From positions 8,182-72,181 of the forward strand of contig JAKLEM010000004.1 of NCBI GenBank assembly GCA_022711655.1: DNA of 64,000 nucleotides, in the 5' to 3' direction. The stretch is from Candidatus Auribacterota bacterium (GTDB lineage Bacteria; Auribacterota; Ancaeobacteria; Ancaeobacterales; Ancaeobacteraceae). How positions within the stretch are numbered: position 1 is the stretch's first letter; each line of letters starts with the position of its first letter. Under the pieces are notes generated by a model. The model had not been told where the DNA came from. It ran no database searches and saw nothing but the letters and a program-made list of their open reading frames with translations. Shown here piece after piece: positions 32,467-41,630 of the stretch. The position numbers and the translations under genes were made by a program.

Positions 32467-35064
32467 ATGATCAGCACGGGACTGAAGGGGCTGGACGGCG
32501 TTATCACGGGACTGCGGCTCGGCGACAATGTGGTCTGGCAGATAGACGACATCAAGGACTATATCGGCCTGGTGAAGCCTTTCGTGCGCGAGTCGCTTGC
32601 GCAGAACAGGAAGGTGATCTACCTGCGGTTCGCCTCGCACAAGGAGATCATCAAACCTGCGAAAGAGATCAAACGGTACGAGCTCAACCCGGATACCGGC
32701 TTTGAGGTGTTTACCGCCCGGGTCAACGCGATCATCACGAAAGAAGGCGAGGGGGCCTATTACGTCTTCGATTGTCTCTCCGAGCTCCTGTCCGCCTGGG
32801 CAGCCGACCAGATGATCGGCAACTTTTTCATGGTCACCTGCCCGTACCTGTACGAGCTCAAGACGGTCACCTATTTCGCGATCCTGCGCAATAACCATTC
32901 GTTCAAATCGATCGCGCGCATACGGGAAACGACGCAGCTCCTCTTGGATGTCTACCACTGCGACGGCGGGATGTATATCCATCCGCTGAAGGTGTGGAAC
33001 CGCTATTCGCCGACGATGTTCTTCCCTCACCACTGGGCAGGCGATACGTTCGTCCCGATCACCGACAGCGTCAACGCCGTCAAGATCCTGTCGTACATCA
33101 GGGAAAAGGGAGCGGAAAGCGCGAAGCGGAACCTCGATTACTGGGACCGTCTGTTCATCGAAGTGCAGGAGATGATCTGCGGCAAGGTAACTGAAGCCCG
33201 TCGCAAAGAGATGGTCAGGAAACTCTGCGACATCATGATCACGAAGAACAGGAAGATGTCCGAGCTGGCGCAAAAGCATTTCTCGCTCGAGGAGATCGTC
33301 GAGATCAAGTCGCGGCTGATCGGCACGGGGTTCATCGGCGGCAAGGCGGTCGGCATGCTGCTGGCGCGGAAGATCCTGTCGGAGAGCAAACAGCTTGACT
33401 GGCAGAAGCTGAGCGAGCCGCACGACTCGTTTTACATAGGGTCGGACATCTTCTACGCGTATATCGTGCAGAACCGCTGGTGGAAGCTCCATATCCAGCA
33501 GAAGACCGACGAGGGTTATTTCGGCGTCGCCAAGATATTGAAAGAAAAGATGCTGTACGGCACCTTTTCCGAAGAGATCATGGAGCATTTTCAGCAGGTC
33601 ATCGAGTATTTCGGCTCATCTCCCATTATACTGCGCTCGAGCTCTCTCCTGGAGGACGGCTTCGGGAACGCGTTCGCCGGGAAATACGAGAGCGTCTTTC
33701 TGGCCAACCAGGGGACGCCCGAGCAGCGGTATATCCAGTTCGCCGAGGCCGTCAAGAAGATCTATGCGAGCACGATGAGCGAGGACGCATTGGCCTACCG
33801 CAAGCAGCGGGGGTTGGATAAACTGGATGAGCAGATGGCGCTCCTGGTCCAGCGGGTGTCGGGGTCTCACCACAGTCAGTATTTCTTCCCCGACCTTGCG
33901 GGCGTCGGCATGTCCTACAACACCTATGTCTGGAACGAGCAGATGGACCCCAAGGCGGGGATGCTCAGGATGGTGTTCGGCCTCGGGACGCGCGCGGTCA
34001 ACCGAGTGGAGGGCGATTATCCGCGGATGGTCGCGCTTGACGATCCGATTCGGCGGCCGTACGCGGAAAAAGACGACCTGCGGAAATACTCCCAGCACGA
34101 GGTAGACCTCATCAACACGAAGGACAACCTGTTCGCGACGGTGCCCTTTGACGTCCTGCTCGGCGAGCATGCCTGCGGGGATATCGGGCGGGTGGCGGTG
34201 CGGGACCACGAGGCGGAACAGATGATGAACAGGGACGGGAAGGGTGTCAAGGAGTACTGGATCCTGACACTCGACACGGTGTTCGACGACCCGGCCCTGG
34301 CAGATTCCTTCAGGAAGATGCTGAATACGATCGAGCGCGCGTACCGGTATCCAGTGGAAATCGAATGGACGGTCAATTATACGAGCGACGGGACGTTCAG
34401 AATTAACCTGCTGCAGTGCCGGCCGCTTCAGACGCGCGGGCTGGGGCATAAGGTGGATATGCCGGACAGCGTGAAGAGGGAAGAGATGCTGTTCCTGTCG
34501 CGCGGGTATTTCCTGGGGGGTAACGTCTCGCAGCCGATCAAGAGGATCATCCGTGTGGAAGCCGAAGGGTACTGCAAGCTCGATCTTTCGGATAAGTATG
34601 AGATCGCCCGCATCATAGGGGCGTTGAACAGGGAGATACGGAGCAGAGAAGAAATGCCGACCCTGCTGATGGGCCCGGGGCGTTGGGGCACCACGACGCC
34701 GTCGCTCGGCGTTCCGGTGAAATTTGCCGAGATAAATAACATGGCGGCCCTCGCGGAGGTCGCTTTCCCCGAGGGAAATCTTATGCCTGAACTTTCATAC
34801 GGGACGCACTTCTTTCAGGACCTGGTCGAGACGGGCATCTTCTACGTCGCGCTGTTCCCCGGTAAGAAAGAGGTTGTGTTCAATACGGAATGGTTTCAGC
34901 CGTCGGAGAATATCTTCGGGCGGCTCATGCCCGAATCGGTAAAATATGCCGATATCATCGGCGTCTACGACGTCGGCGACAAGGACCTGCGGATCATGTC
35001 GGACGTCGTTTCTCAGAAGGCAGTATGCTTCTCGGATGTGAAGAAGGCGGCCGCGCTCCGGTAA
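32467..35064 (+). CDS. PEP/pyruvate-binding (PPDK_N-type ATP-grasp) domain protein with an unassigned ~280-aa N-terminal domain
   Basis: ATG 32467 after AGGAGA. Central GTGFIGGKAVGMLLARKIL and SSSLLEDGFGNAFAGKYES resemble the nucleotide-binding domain of PEP synthase/PPDK. No TSHAAI-type phosphohistidine swivel motif was seen. Confidence 0.7.
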   Translation: MISTGLKGLDGVITGLRLGDNVVWQIDDIKDYIGLVKPFVRESLAQNRKVIYLRFASHKEIIKPAKEIKRYELNPDTGFEVFTARVNAIITKEGEGAYYVFDCLSELLSAWAADQMIGNFFMVTCPYLYELKTVTYFAILRNNHSFKSIARIRETTQLLLDVYHCDGGMYIHPLKVWNRYSPTMFFPHHWAGDTFVPITDSVNAVKILSYIREKGAESAKRNLDYWDRLFIEVQEMICGKVTEARRKEMVRKLCDIMITKNRKMSELAQKHFSLEEIVEIKSRLIGTGFIGGKAVGMLLARKILSESKQLDWQKLSEPHDSFYIGSDIFYAYIVQNRWWKLHIQQKTDEGYFGVAKILKEKMLYGTFSEEIMEHFQQVIEYFGSSPIILRSSSLLEDGFGNAFAGKYESVFLANQGTPEQRYIQFAEAVKKIYASTMSEDALAYRKQRGLDKLDEQMALLVQRVSGSHHSQYFFPDLAGVGMSYNTYVWNEQMDPKAGMLRMVFGLGTRAVNRVEGDYPRMVALDDPIRRPYAEKDDLRKYSQHEVDLINTKDNLFATVPFDVLLGEHACGDIGRVAVRDHEAEQMMNRDGKGVKEYWILTLDTVFDDPALADSFRKMLNTIERAYRYPVEIEWTVNYTSDGTFRINLLQCRPLQTRGLGHKVDMPDSVKREEMLFLSRGYFLGGNVSQPIKRIIRVEAEGYCKLDLSDKYEIARIIGALNREIRSREEMPTLLMGPGRWGTTTPSLGVPVKFAEINNMAALAEVAFPEGNLMPELSYGTHFFQDLVETGIFYVALFPGKKEVVFNTEWFQPSENIFGRLMPESVKYADIIGVYDVGDKDLRIMSDVVSQKAVCFSDVKKAAALR

Positions 35065-35124
35065 GGCAGATACATAGAAAGCCTGTGTCATGCCGCATAA
35101 TGCGCGATCAGGTAGGGATGTCGC

Positions 35125-35289
35125 ATGAAATACATCACATTGTTGGCCGTATGCGCGGCGCTGACATGCGCGGCCCGCGTCTATCCGGGCAGCGTCGGCG
35201 CGGCGGATACGTCAATGCTCGCCTTTCAGGCGGCGGGCAAGGTGATCGTACTTTATTCTTTAGAATCCCATGCAAGGAGGTATGAATGA
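35125..35289 (+). CDS. Small ORF (54 aa) with a signal-peptide-like N-terminus
   Basis: Not in the ORF track. MKYITLLAVCAALTCAARVYPGSVGAAD... Its TGA overlaps the ATG of the next ORF (ATGA at 35286-35289), which is preceded by AGGAGG. Confidence 0.3.
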   Translation: MKYITLLAVCAALTCAARVYPGSVGAADTSMLAFQAAGKVIVLYSLESHARRYE

Positions 35290-35684
35290 GAACAAAGTGT
35301 TCCGCGTCCCTTTGCGCTTGTGCGCTCATAGCGTTCCTCGTTCCTGCGACCGCCATGCTCTGCCTTGCGGCGGAGGATCTTGCCATCAAGAAGAGGGGGC
35401 TGACGACGACGGATCTCAATAAGGGGTATTCAGACAAGTTTTCGTTCTCTTCACAAATCCTTAAAAATGAAGAAAAAAAGGAAGTTAAAGAGATAAAGGA
35501 TAAGAGAAGCAGGAATGTCGAGGACCTCAATAAAGGGAGCACCGATAATTTTAAAATGGATCTAAAGCCCCGCGTCGGTTCAGCGACTCCGCCGGGAACT
35601 ATGCTTGGTGCGCATGAATCGCTCAGCACGAAGGGTAATCTGAAAACGTACGATCAGATGTCTGAACAGTACAAGAAGAAATAG
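35286..35684 (+). CDS. Small secreted Lys/Glu-rich protein, unknown function
   Basis: 132 aa; signal-like N-terminus; duplicated motif DLNKG-x-SD-x-F; visibly AT-rich coding sequence. Confidence 0.45.
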   Translation: MRTKCSASLCACALIAFLVPATAMLCLAAEDLAIKKRGLTTTDLNKGYSDKFSFSSQILKNEEKKEVKEIKDKRSRNVEDLNKGSTDNFKMDLKPRVGSATPPGTMLGAHESLSTKGNLKTYDQMSEQYKKK

Positions 35685-35714
35685 TGCCCCAACGTCGACG
35701 AAGGAGATACATAG

Positions 35715-37025
35715 ATGAACACGTTGATCCCGATGCTCGGTCAACCGGCAGTCCAGACGCCGCTGCTCAAGCTGCTGCCGGAAAAGTTCCAGAAGACGGT
35801 GTTTATCGCCGACGATGAACGCGTCTTGTTCGACATCCGCGCGGCGAACGTGCGGCGCATGATCGCGGAAGGGAAAGAGATACCGTCGTTCGAACAGGCG
35901 GGGCCGCGCCGTTCGATCTTCTTCGAGCCGTCGCAGACCTCCGCTGCGATCGTCACCTGCGGCGGCCTCTGTCCGGGCATCAATAACGTGATACGCTCGG
36001 TCGTCATGACGCTCACTTACCGCTATGGCGTCAAAAGGATACTCGGCGTCAGGAACGGCTACCAGGGTTTCATCCCCGAGTACGCGTGTGAGCCGATCGC
36101 CCTCACCCCCGACATGGTCGACCACGTTCACCGGCAGGGCGGGACGATGCTCGGGACGTCGCGCGGCAAGCAGGACCCCGAGCGCATCGTCGATTTCCTC
36201 CTGAACAACAAGATCGACCTGCTGTTCATCATCGGCGGCGACGGGACGCAGCGCGGCGCGCTCGTGATATCCGAGGCGGCGAGAAAGCGGGGAGCGAAGG
36301 TCAGCATTATAGGGATACCGAAGACGGTCGACAACGATATCGCCTTTATCGACCGGAGTTTCGGTTTTGCGACGGCGTCATCGGTCGCCTGCCAGGTGAT
36401 CGCCACGGCGCACACCGAGGCGAAGTCGTCACCGAACGGCATCGGGCTGGTCAAGCTGATGGGGCGGCATTCCGGCTTTATTACCTGCCTCGCGGCGCTC
36501 GCGGTGAGCGAGGCGAATTTCGTGCTGATACCGGAGGTCCCGTTCTCGCTGAACGGCGGCAGCGGCTTCCTGAACGCGCTCAAGGAGCGGATGCTGCGGC
36601 GCGGCCACGCGGTGGTGCTCGTCGCCGAGGGGGCGGGGCAGGACCTGATCCCGGCGAAGAGCCAGGAGCATGACGCCTCGGGGAATATCAAGTTCCAGGA
36701 CATCGGCATTTTCCTCAAAGACCGCATCAACGAATTTTTTAAGAAGGAAAAGATCGAGATAAACCTCAAGTATATCGACCCCAGCTACATCATCCGCGCG
36801 ATACCGGCCAACCAGATCGACAGCGTCTACTGCTACATGCTCGGCGAATATGCCGTCCACGCGGCGATGTCGGGGCGTACCGAGATGGTCGTCGGCCTCG
36901 TCAATAACGCCTTTGTGCACATACCGATGGCCATGATCGCCGCCGGCCGCAAGCGCGTCGAGCCGCACGGCCCGCTGTGGCTATCGGTGATCGAGGCGAC
37001 AGGACAACCGCCGGAGATGCTGTAG
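35715..37025 (+). CDS. pfkA: 6-phosphofructokinase, PfkA family (phosphoryl donor ambiguous)
   Basis: CGGLCPGINNVIRSVV, IGGDGTQRGA, GIPKTVDNDI, MGRHSGF; AAGGAG RBS. Confidence 0.9.
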   Translation: MNTLIPMLGQPAVQTPLLKLLPEKFQKTVFIADDERVLFDIRAANVRRMIAEGKEIPSFEQAGPRRSIFFEPSQTSAAIVTCGGLCPGINNVIRSVVMTLTYRYGVKRILGVRNGYQGFIPEYACEPIALTPDMVDHVHRQGGTMLGTSRGKQDPERIVDFLLNNKIDLLFIIGGDGTQRGALVISEAARKRGAKVSIIGIPKTVDNDIAFIDRSFGFATASSVACQVIATAHTEAKSSPNGIGLVKLMGRHSGFITCLAALAVSEANFVLIPEVPFSLNGGSGFLNALKERMLRRGHAVVLVAEGAGQDLIPAKSQEHDASGNIKFQDIGIFLKDRINEFFKKEKIEINLKYIDPSYIIRAIPANQIDSVYCYMLGEYAVHAAMSGRTEMVVGLVNNAFVHIPMAMIAAGRKRVEPHGPLWLSVIEATGQPPEML

Positions 37026-37034
37026 AGAACGCAT

Positions 37035-37271
37035 ATGGGTACGGAAAATATGGAGCTGGGAACACAGCCGCTCGACGGCATCATGACCCGGCTGAACCTG
37101 GCGAATGCTGATCTGGTCAAGGCGTCTATCGAACAGCTGACGCACAAGGTGGTCCAGAAAGGGCGCAAGGGGCGTCGGCTGACGCAGAACGCCCGTGAGA
37201 AGATACTGAAGGCGCTGAACGCGGTGAGCGGGGAAGAGAAGTTCGCGCTCAAGGATCTGTTCACCTATTAA
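37035..37271 (+). CDS. Small basic hypothetical protein (78 aa or shorter)
   Basis: ORF between pfk and glgX; KVVQKGRKGRRLTQNAREKILKALN. Start uncertain (ATG 37035, 37050 or 37083) and there is no clear RBS. Confidence 0.35.
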   Translation: MGTENMELGTQPLDGIMTRLNLANADLVKASIEQLTHKVVQKGRKGRRLTQNAREKILKALNAVSGEEKFALKDLFTY

Positions 37272-37284
37272 TAGGGAGAAATAC

Positions 37285-39375
37285 ATGCCAGACCTCTCCG
37301 GCCAGCTGAGGACCATCGAGAAGTGGGAAACCGACGAAGGGGTGCCGTTCCCGATCGGCGCGACGTGGGTCGACCATCTCAAAGCCTATAACTTCTCGCT
37401 TTTCTCGAAGTACGCGACGGGCGTCACCCTTCTCTGTTATACCAAGGTTGACCGCGATGTTCCCGTCTACGAGTACCGGTTCGACCCTCACAAGAACAAG
37501 ACCGGCAGGATCTGGCATTGCTGGATCCCCGCCGAGGAGATGAACGGCGCGACGCTCTATGCGTACCGCGTTGAGGGGCCGCACGAGCCCTCTGCCGGTC
37601 ACCGCTTTGACGACAAAAAGATCCTTCTCGACCCGCTTGCCAAAGAGGTCTGGTTCCCGCCGGAGTTCGACCGCAGCGCGGCGATCGGGCCGGGGGCGAA
37701 CGACGGCAAGGCGCCGCTCGGCGTCCTGCCAAAACGGCAAAAGGGCGGTTTCGAGTGGAGAGATAACGTCCGCCCCCGTCATACGTCGGACGCGATCGTT
37801 TACGAGCTGCATGTCAAAGGGTTCACCGCACGGAAGAACTCCGGCGTGACGCCGGCAAAACGCGGGACGTTCGCCGCCCTCATCGAAAAGATCCCGTATC
37901 TGCAGGAGCTCGGCGTCACGATCGTCGAGCTGATGCCGGTCCACCAGTTCGATCCCCGGGAGGGGAATTACTGGGGGTACATGACGCTGAACTTTTTTGC
38001 GCCGCACGCCGGTTATGCGACGGGCAGTCCGATGGAAGAGTTCCGCGAGATGGTGAGGGCGTTCCACAAGGCCGGGATCGAGGTATGGCTCGACGTCGTG
38101 TACAACCACACCTGCGAAGGGGATGCGCGCGGGCCGACCTATTCCTATCGGGGGATCGACAACCACTGTTTCTACCTCCTCGAACAGGACCGCAGCCGGT
38201 ACGTAAATGACGCCGGTTGCGGCAATGTCCTGCGCGTTGCGCACCCGACGGTGAGGATCATGATCATCGAGAGCCTCCGCTACTGGGCGCGGATGATGCG
38301 TGTGGACGGCTTCCGGTTCGACCTCGCCTCGATCTTTACGCGCAACAACGACGGGTCGGTCAATGTCACCGACCCGGCTCTTGTCATCGAGATCGGGTGG
38401 TTCGCCTACATGAACGATATCGCGCTTACCGCGGAGGCGTGGGATATCGCGTCGTACCAGCTCGGCAGGACGTTCCCGGGGATGATGTGGCGGCAGTGGA
38501 ACGGCAAGTTTCGCGACGACGTCCGCCAGTTCGTCAAAAGCGACGCCGGGATGGTCGGCGCGCTCATGCGCCGTCTATACGGCAGCGACGATCTTTTCCC
38601 TGACGCGGTGATCGACGCGAGCCGGCCGGTGCAGAGCGTCAACTTCATCACCGCGCATGACGGGTTCTGCCTCTACGACCTCGTGTCGTACAACCAAAAG
38701 CATAACAAGGCGAACGGCAACAACAACACCGACGGCGCCGACAATAACCTGAGCTGGAATTGCGGGCATGAGGGTGATCGCAATGTTCCCGCGGAGGTCA
38801 TGGAGCTCCGGCGCCGGCAGGTCAAGAATTTCTTCACTATCCTGATGCTCGCCAACGGCACGCCGATGTTCTGCGCCGGCGACGAGTTCATGAATACCCA
38901 GAAAGGGAATAACAACCCGTACAACCAGGATAACGAGACCACGTGGCTGGACTGGTCGCTTCTCGACAAGAACCGCGACATGTTTCGCTTCTTCAAGCTG
39001 ATGATCGCCTTCCGCAAGGCGCACCCCTCGATCTCCCGCAGCCGGTTTTGGCGCGACGACGTGAGCTGGTACGGCCCGAACGGCGGGGTCGACCTCGGCC
39101 ACGGATCGCGCACCCTCGCCTATTGTCTGCGCGGGGCCTCGCAGGGCGACGGCGACATCTACGTGATGATCAATGCCTTCTGGGAAGACGTCGACTTTAC
39201 GGTGCAGGAAGGGAAACCCGGCGAGTGGTCGCAGGCTGTCGATACCGCCATGGCTTCGCCGGACGATATCTGCGAAACAGGGAACGGCAAGAGGCTGCAT
39301 GCGCGTTCGGTGAAGGTCAAAGCCCGCTCGATCGTGGTCCTTGAGCGTCAGCAATCAAAGGAGATGAGTGACTAA
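37285..39375 (+). CDS. glgX: Glycogen debranching enzyme (isoamylase type, GH13)
   Basis: 696 aa; PFPIGATW N-domain; GH13 motifs VVYNHT, DGFRFDLAS, EAWD, FITAHDGF. Confidence 0.9.
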   Translation: MPDLSGQLRTIEKWETDEGVPFPIGATWVDHLKAYNFSLFSKYATGVTLLCYTKVDRDVPVYEYRFDPHKNKTGRIWHCWIPAEEMNGATLYAYRVEGPHEPSAGHRFDDKKILLDPLAKEVWFPPEFDRSAAIGPGANDGKAPLGVLPKRQKGGFEWRDNVRPRHTSDAIVYELHVKGFTARKNSGVTPAKRGTFAALIEKIPYLQELGVTIVELMPVHQFDPREGNYWGYMTLNFFAPHAGYATGSPMEEFREMVRAFHKAGIEVWLDVVYNHTCEGDARGPTYSYRGIDNHCFYLLEQDRSRYVNDAGCGNVLRVAHPTVRIMIIESLRYWARMMRVDGFRFDLASIFTRNNDGSVNVTDPALVIEIGWFAYMNDIALTAEAWDIASYQLGRTFPGMMWRQWNGKFRDDVRQFVKSDAGMVGALMRRLYGSDDLFPDAVIDASRPVQSVNFITAHDGFCLYDLVSYNQKHNKANGNNNTDGADNNLSWNCGHEGDRNVPAEVMELRRRQVKNFFTILMLANGTPMFCAGDEFMNTQKGNNNPYNQDNETTWLDWSLLDKNRDMFRFFKLMIAFRKAHPSISRSRFWRDDVSWYGPNGGVDLGHGSRTLAYCLRGASQGDGDIYVMINAFWEDVDFTVQEGKPGEWSQAVDTAMASPDDICETGNGKRLHARSVKVKARSIVVLERQQSKEMSD

Positions 39376-39394
39376 CAACAATCGGAGGTATACG

Positions 39395-39808
39395 ATGAAG
39401 ATCGGGAAAATTCTTCTTGCAGGGTTTGCGGCGACCGTTGTTCTATCGGTATTTGCGATAGTGACCGACGGCTGGCTGTTCAGCTGGATATATAAGCTTG
39501 AGCCGGTGAATGTCTGGCGGCCGATGGCAAAGGGTCCCGGCATGGACTATTACGCGGGGGCCTTCGCGCTCAACTGCCTTTTCGCGGCGGTTTATGCCGT
39601 GCTCAAGAACGGGGTCCCGGGTAAGAACCGGTACGTCAAAGGGATCGTGTTCGGCTTGTGCGTGTACGCGGTCGGCGTCCTGCCGGGGATGTTCCTGACC
39701 CATATCTTCATGACGGTCTCGTCCGTCTGGGTGATATACGGGACGCTGCTGAGCGTCATCGATACGCCGCTCAAAGCGCTGGTCATAGCGGCGATATACG
39801 GCGATTGA
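39395..39808 (+). CDS. Small integral membrane protein, unknown function
   Basis: ATG 39395 after GGAGG; about 4 hydrophobic helices. Confidence 0.5.
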   Translation: MKIGKILLAGFAATVVLSVFAIVTDGWLFSWIYKLEPVNVWRPMAKGPGMDYYAGAFALNCLFAAVYAVLKNGVPGKNRYVKGIVFGLCVYAVGVLPGMFLTHIFMTVSSVWVIYGTLLSVIDTPLKALVIAAIYGD

Positions 39809-39868
39809 TCGAAAGGGAAACAGAAAAATGGAACAGTATCTGTCTCGAAAGCGCTGATTAGCGGAAAT

Positions 39869-40201
39869 ATGATGTCGTTAATTCTTACGAGCGCTTTCGC
39901 CATCTGCACCCTTGTTTGCGTCTGCGCCGCGGTCGCGATGTTCGGGTCCGGCGATACGGGGGGCGGCTTCTTCTTTGTCTTTTTCGGCATGTTCTTCGGC
40001 GCGCTGGTCCTCGCGTCCGTCGCGGGGCGGCTGGCGGGGAAGGGCGGGTTTTTCGGAAAGTTCCATCGGGCGGTGTGCAGCAAAGAAAGACCGCGCCCGG
40101 CATTCGTCCCGCACTGGATCACGATGTTATTGCTGTGCATAGCGGCCGCTGGGGCGCTTATCGCGGTCATCGTCCCGGTGATGTCGCGGCTGCACAAATA
40201 A
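39869..40201 (+). CDS. Small integral membrane protein, unknown function
   Basis: 110 aa with three hydrophobic segments. Several overlapping alternative-frame ORFs exist, so the call is tentative. Confidence 0.4.
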   Translation: MMSLILTSAFAICTLVCVCAAVAMFGSGDTGGGFFFVFFGMFFGALVLASVAGRLAGKGGFFGKFHRAVCSKERPRPAFVPHWITMLLLCIAAAGALIAVIVPVMSRLHK

Positions 40202-40203
40202 GG

Positions 40204-40232
40204 AAGACAAGATTCGCCGCTTCGTGTAGAAT
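40204..40232 (+). promoter_or_regulatory. Possible promoter for the V-ATPase genes
   Basis: AAGACA, 17 nt, TAGAAT (40227-40232), about 58 nt upstream of the subunit B ATG. The -35 is weak. Confidence 0.3.
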
Positions 40233-40289
40233 ACAGGTTCTTGCGCAGGTGCGGTATCTGCACGTCAAACACAAACAGGGGTGAGCCAT

Positions 40290-41624
40290 ATGTCGTACGC
40301 ACTTATCAAATATACCAGTATCAGCGAGATCATAGGCGACCTGATCAGGGTGAAGGCCAAGAACGTCGCGTTCGGCGATATCGCCGTCGTGGAGAACACC
40401 GACGGCGAAAAATCGTTCGCGAAGGTGGTGGAGCTCGACGGCGACACCGTGAGCCTCCAGGTCTTCGCCGGAGGCAAGGGGCTGTCGACCGACGCGACGA
40501 TCCATTTCCTCGGCCATCCGTTCGACGTGACCTATTCGCCGAATATCCTGGGCCGTATCTTCGGCGGCTCCGGCCAGCCGGTCGACGGCGGGCCTCTCCT
40601 CGACGGGATGCCCAAAATACCGGTTGGCGGGCCGACGGTCAACCCGATGATGCGCATCCTGCCTAAGAAGATGATCCAGACCTGCGTGCCGATGATCGAC
40701 CTCTTCAACTGCCTGGTCGAAAGCCAGAAGATACCTATTTTCTCGGTGGCGGGGGAGCCGTACAACGAGCTGCTTGCGCGGATCGGGTTCCAGGCCGACG
40801 CCGATATCGTGGTGTTCGGCGGCATGGGGCTTATCTTCGACGACTACTATTTTTTCAAGAACGCGTTCGAGTCTCACGGCGTCTTCCACAAGACGGTCAT
40901 GTTCGTCAACCTGGCTTCAGACCCGATCGTTGAGCGGCTCCTTGTTCCCGACATGGCGCTGGCTGTCGCGGAGAAGTTCGCTGTGGAGGAACACAAGCGG
41001 GTCCTCGTCCTCCTGACCGATATGACGGCGTACGCCGACGTTATGAAAGAGCTGGGGATATCGCTCGAGCGGATTCCGGCGACGCGCGGTTATATGGGCG
41101 ACCTCTATACCCAGCTTGCCCAGCGCTACGAAAAGGCGTGCGATTTCAAGGACGCGGGTTCGGTGACCATCCTGACGGTGACGACGATGCCCGGCAACGA
41201 CCTGACCCATCCGGTACCCGACAATACGGGCTACATCACGGAAGGGCAGTTCTACCTTCACGACAAGATAATCGATCCGTTCGGTTCTCTTTCCCGGCTG
41301 AAACAGCACGTGGTCGGGAAGGTGACGCGCGAGGACCACCCGCAGATCATGAACACGATGATCAGGTTCTACGCGAGCGCGAAAGAGGCCGACCGCAAGA
41401 AGGCCATGGCGTTCGAGCTGTCGGCGTTCGACGAAAAGCTCCTGAAGTTCAGCTCGCTGTTCAAGGAGCGTTTCATGGATATTTCCGTGTCGCTGACGCT
41501 GGAGGATGCGCTGGACCTCTGCTGGAAAACGCTGGCGGAATGTTTCGATCCTTCGGAGCTGCTGATGAAACAGGGGCTGATCGATAAGTATTTTCCGGCG
41601 AAAGATGCGCCTGCGGCGAAATAG
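40290..41624 (+). CDS. ntpB: V-type ATPase subunit B
   Basis: YTSISEIIGDLIRV...VSLQVFAGGKGLS and a conserved B-subunit core lacking a P-loop lysine pattern. ATG 40290 (GTG 40281 also possible). Confidence 0.9.
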   Translation: MSYALIKYTSISEIIGDLIRVKAKNVAFGDIAVVENTDGEKSFAKVVELDGDTVSLQVFAGGKGLSTDATIHFLGHPFDVTYSPNILGRIFGGSGQPVDGGPLLDGMPKIPVGGPTVNPMMRILPKKMIQTCVPMIDLFNCLVESQKIPIFSVAGEPYNELLARIGFQADADIVVFGGMGLIFDDYYFFKNAFESHGVFHKTVMFVNLASDPIVERLLVPDMALAVAEKFAVEEHKRVLVLLTDMTAYADVMKELGISLERIPATRGYMGDLYTQLAQRYEKACDFKDAGSVTILTVTTMPGNDLTHPVPDNTGYITEGQFYLHDKIIDPFGSLSRLKQHVVGKVTREDHPQIMNTMIRFYASAKEADRKKAMAFELSAFDEKLLKFSSLFKERFMDISVSLTLEDALDLCWKTLAECFDPSELLMKQGLIDKYFPAKDAPAAK

Positions 41625-41630
41625 GATGTC

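Noticed and set aside
39592-40302. The 236-aa minus-strand ORF and several overlapping plus-strand ORFs across 39.6-40.3 kb.
   Set aside because: Their translations are Pro/Arg/Ala-rich with no motifs. The plus-strand hydrophobic small membrane ORFs are more plausible, although they are only tentatively called.
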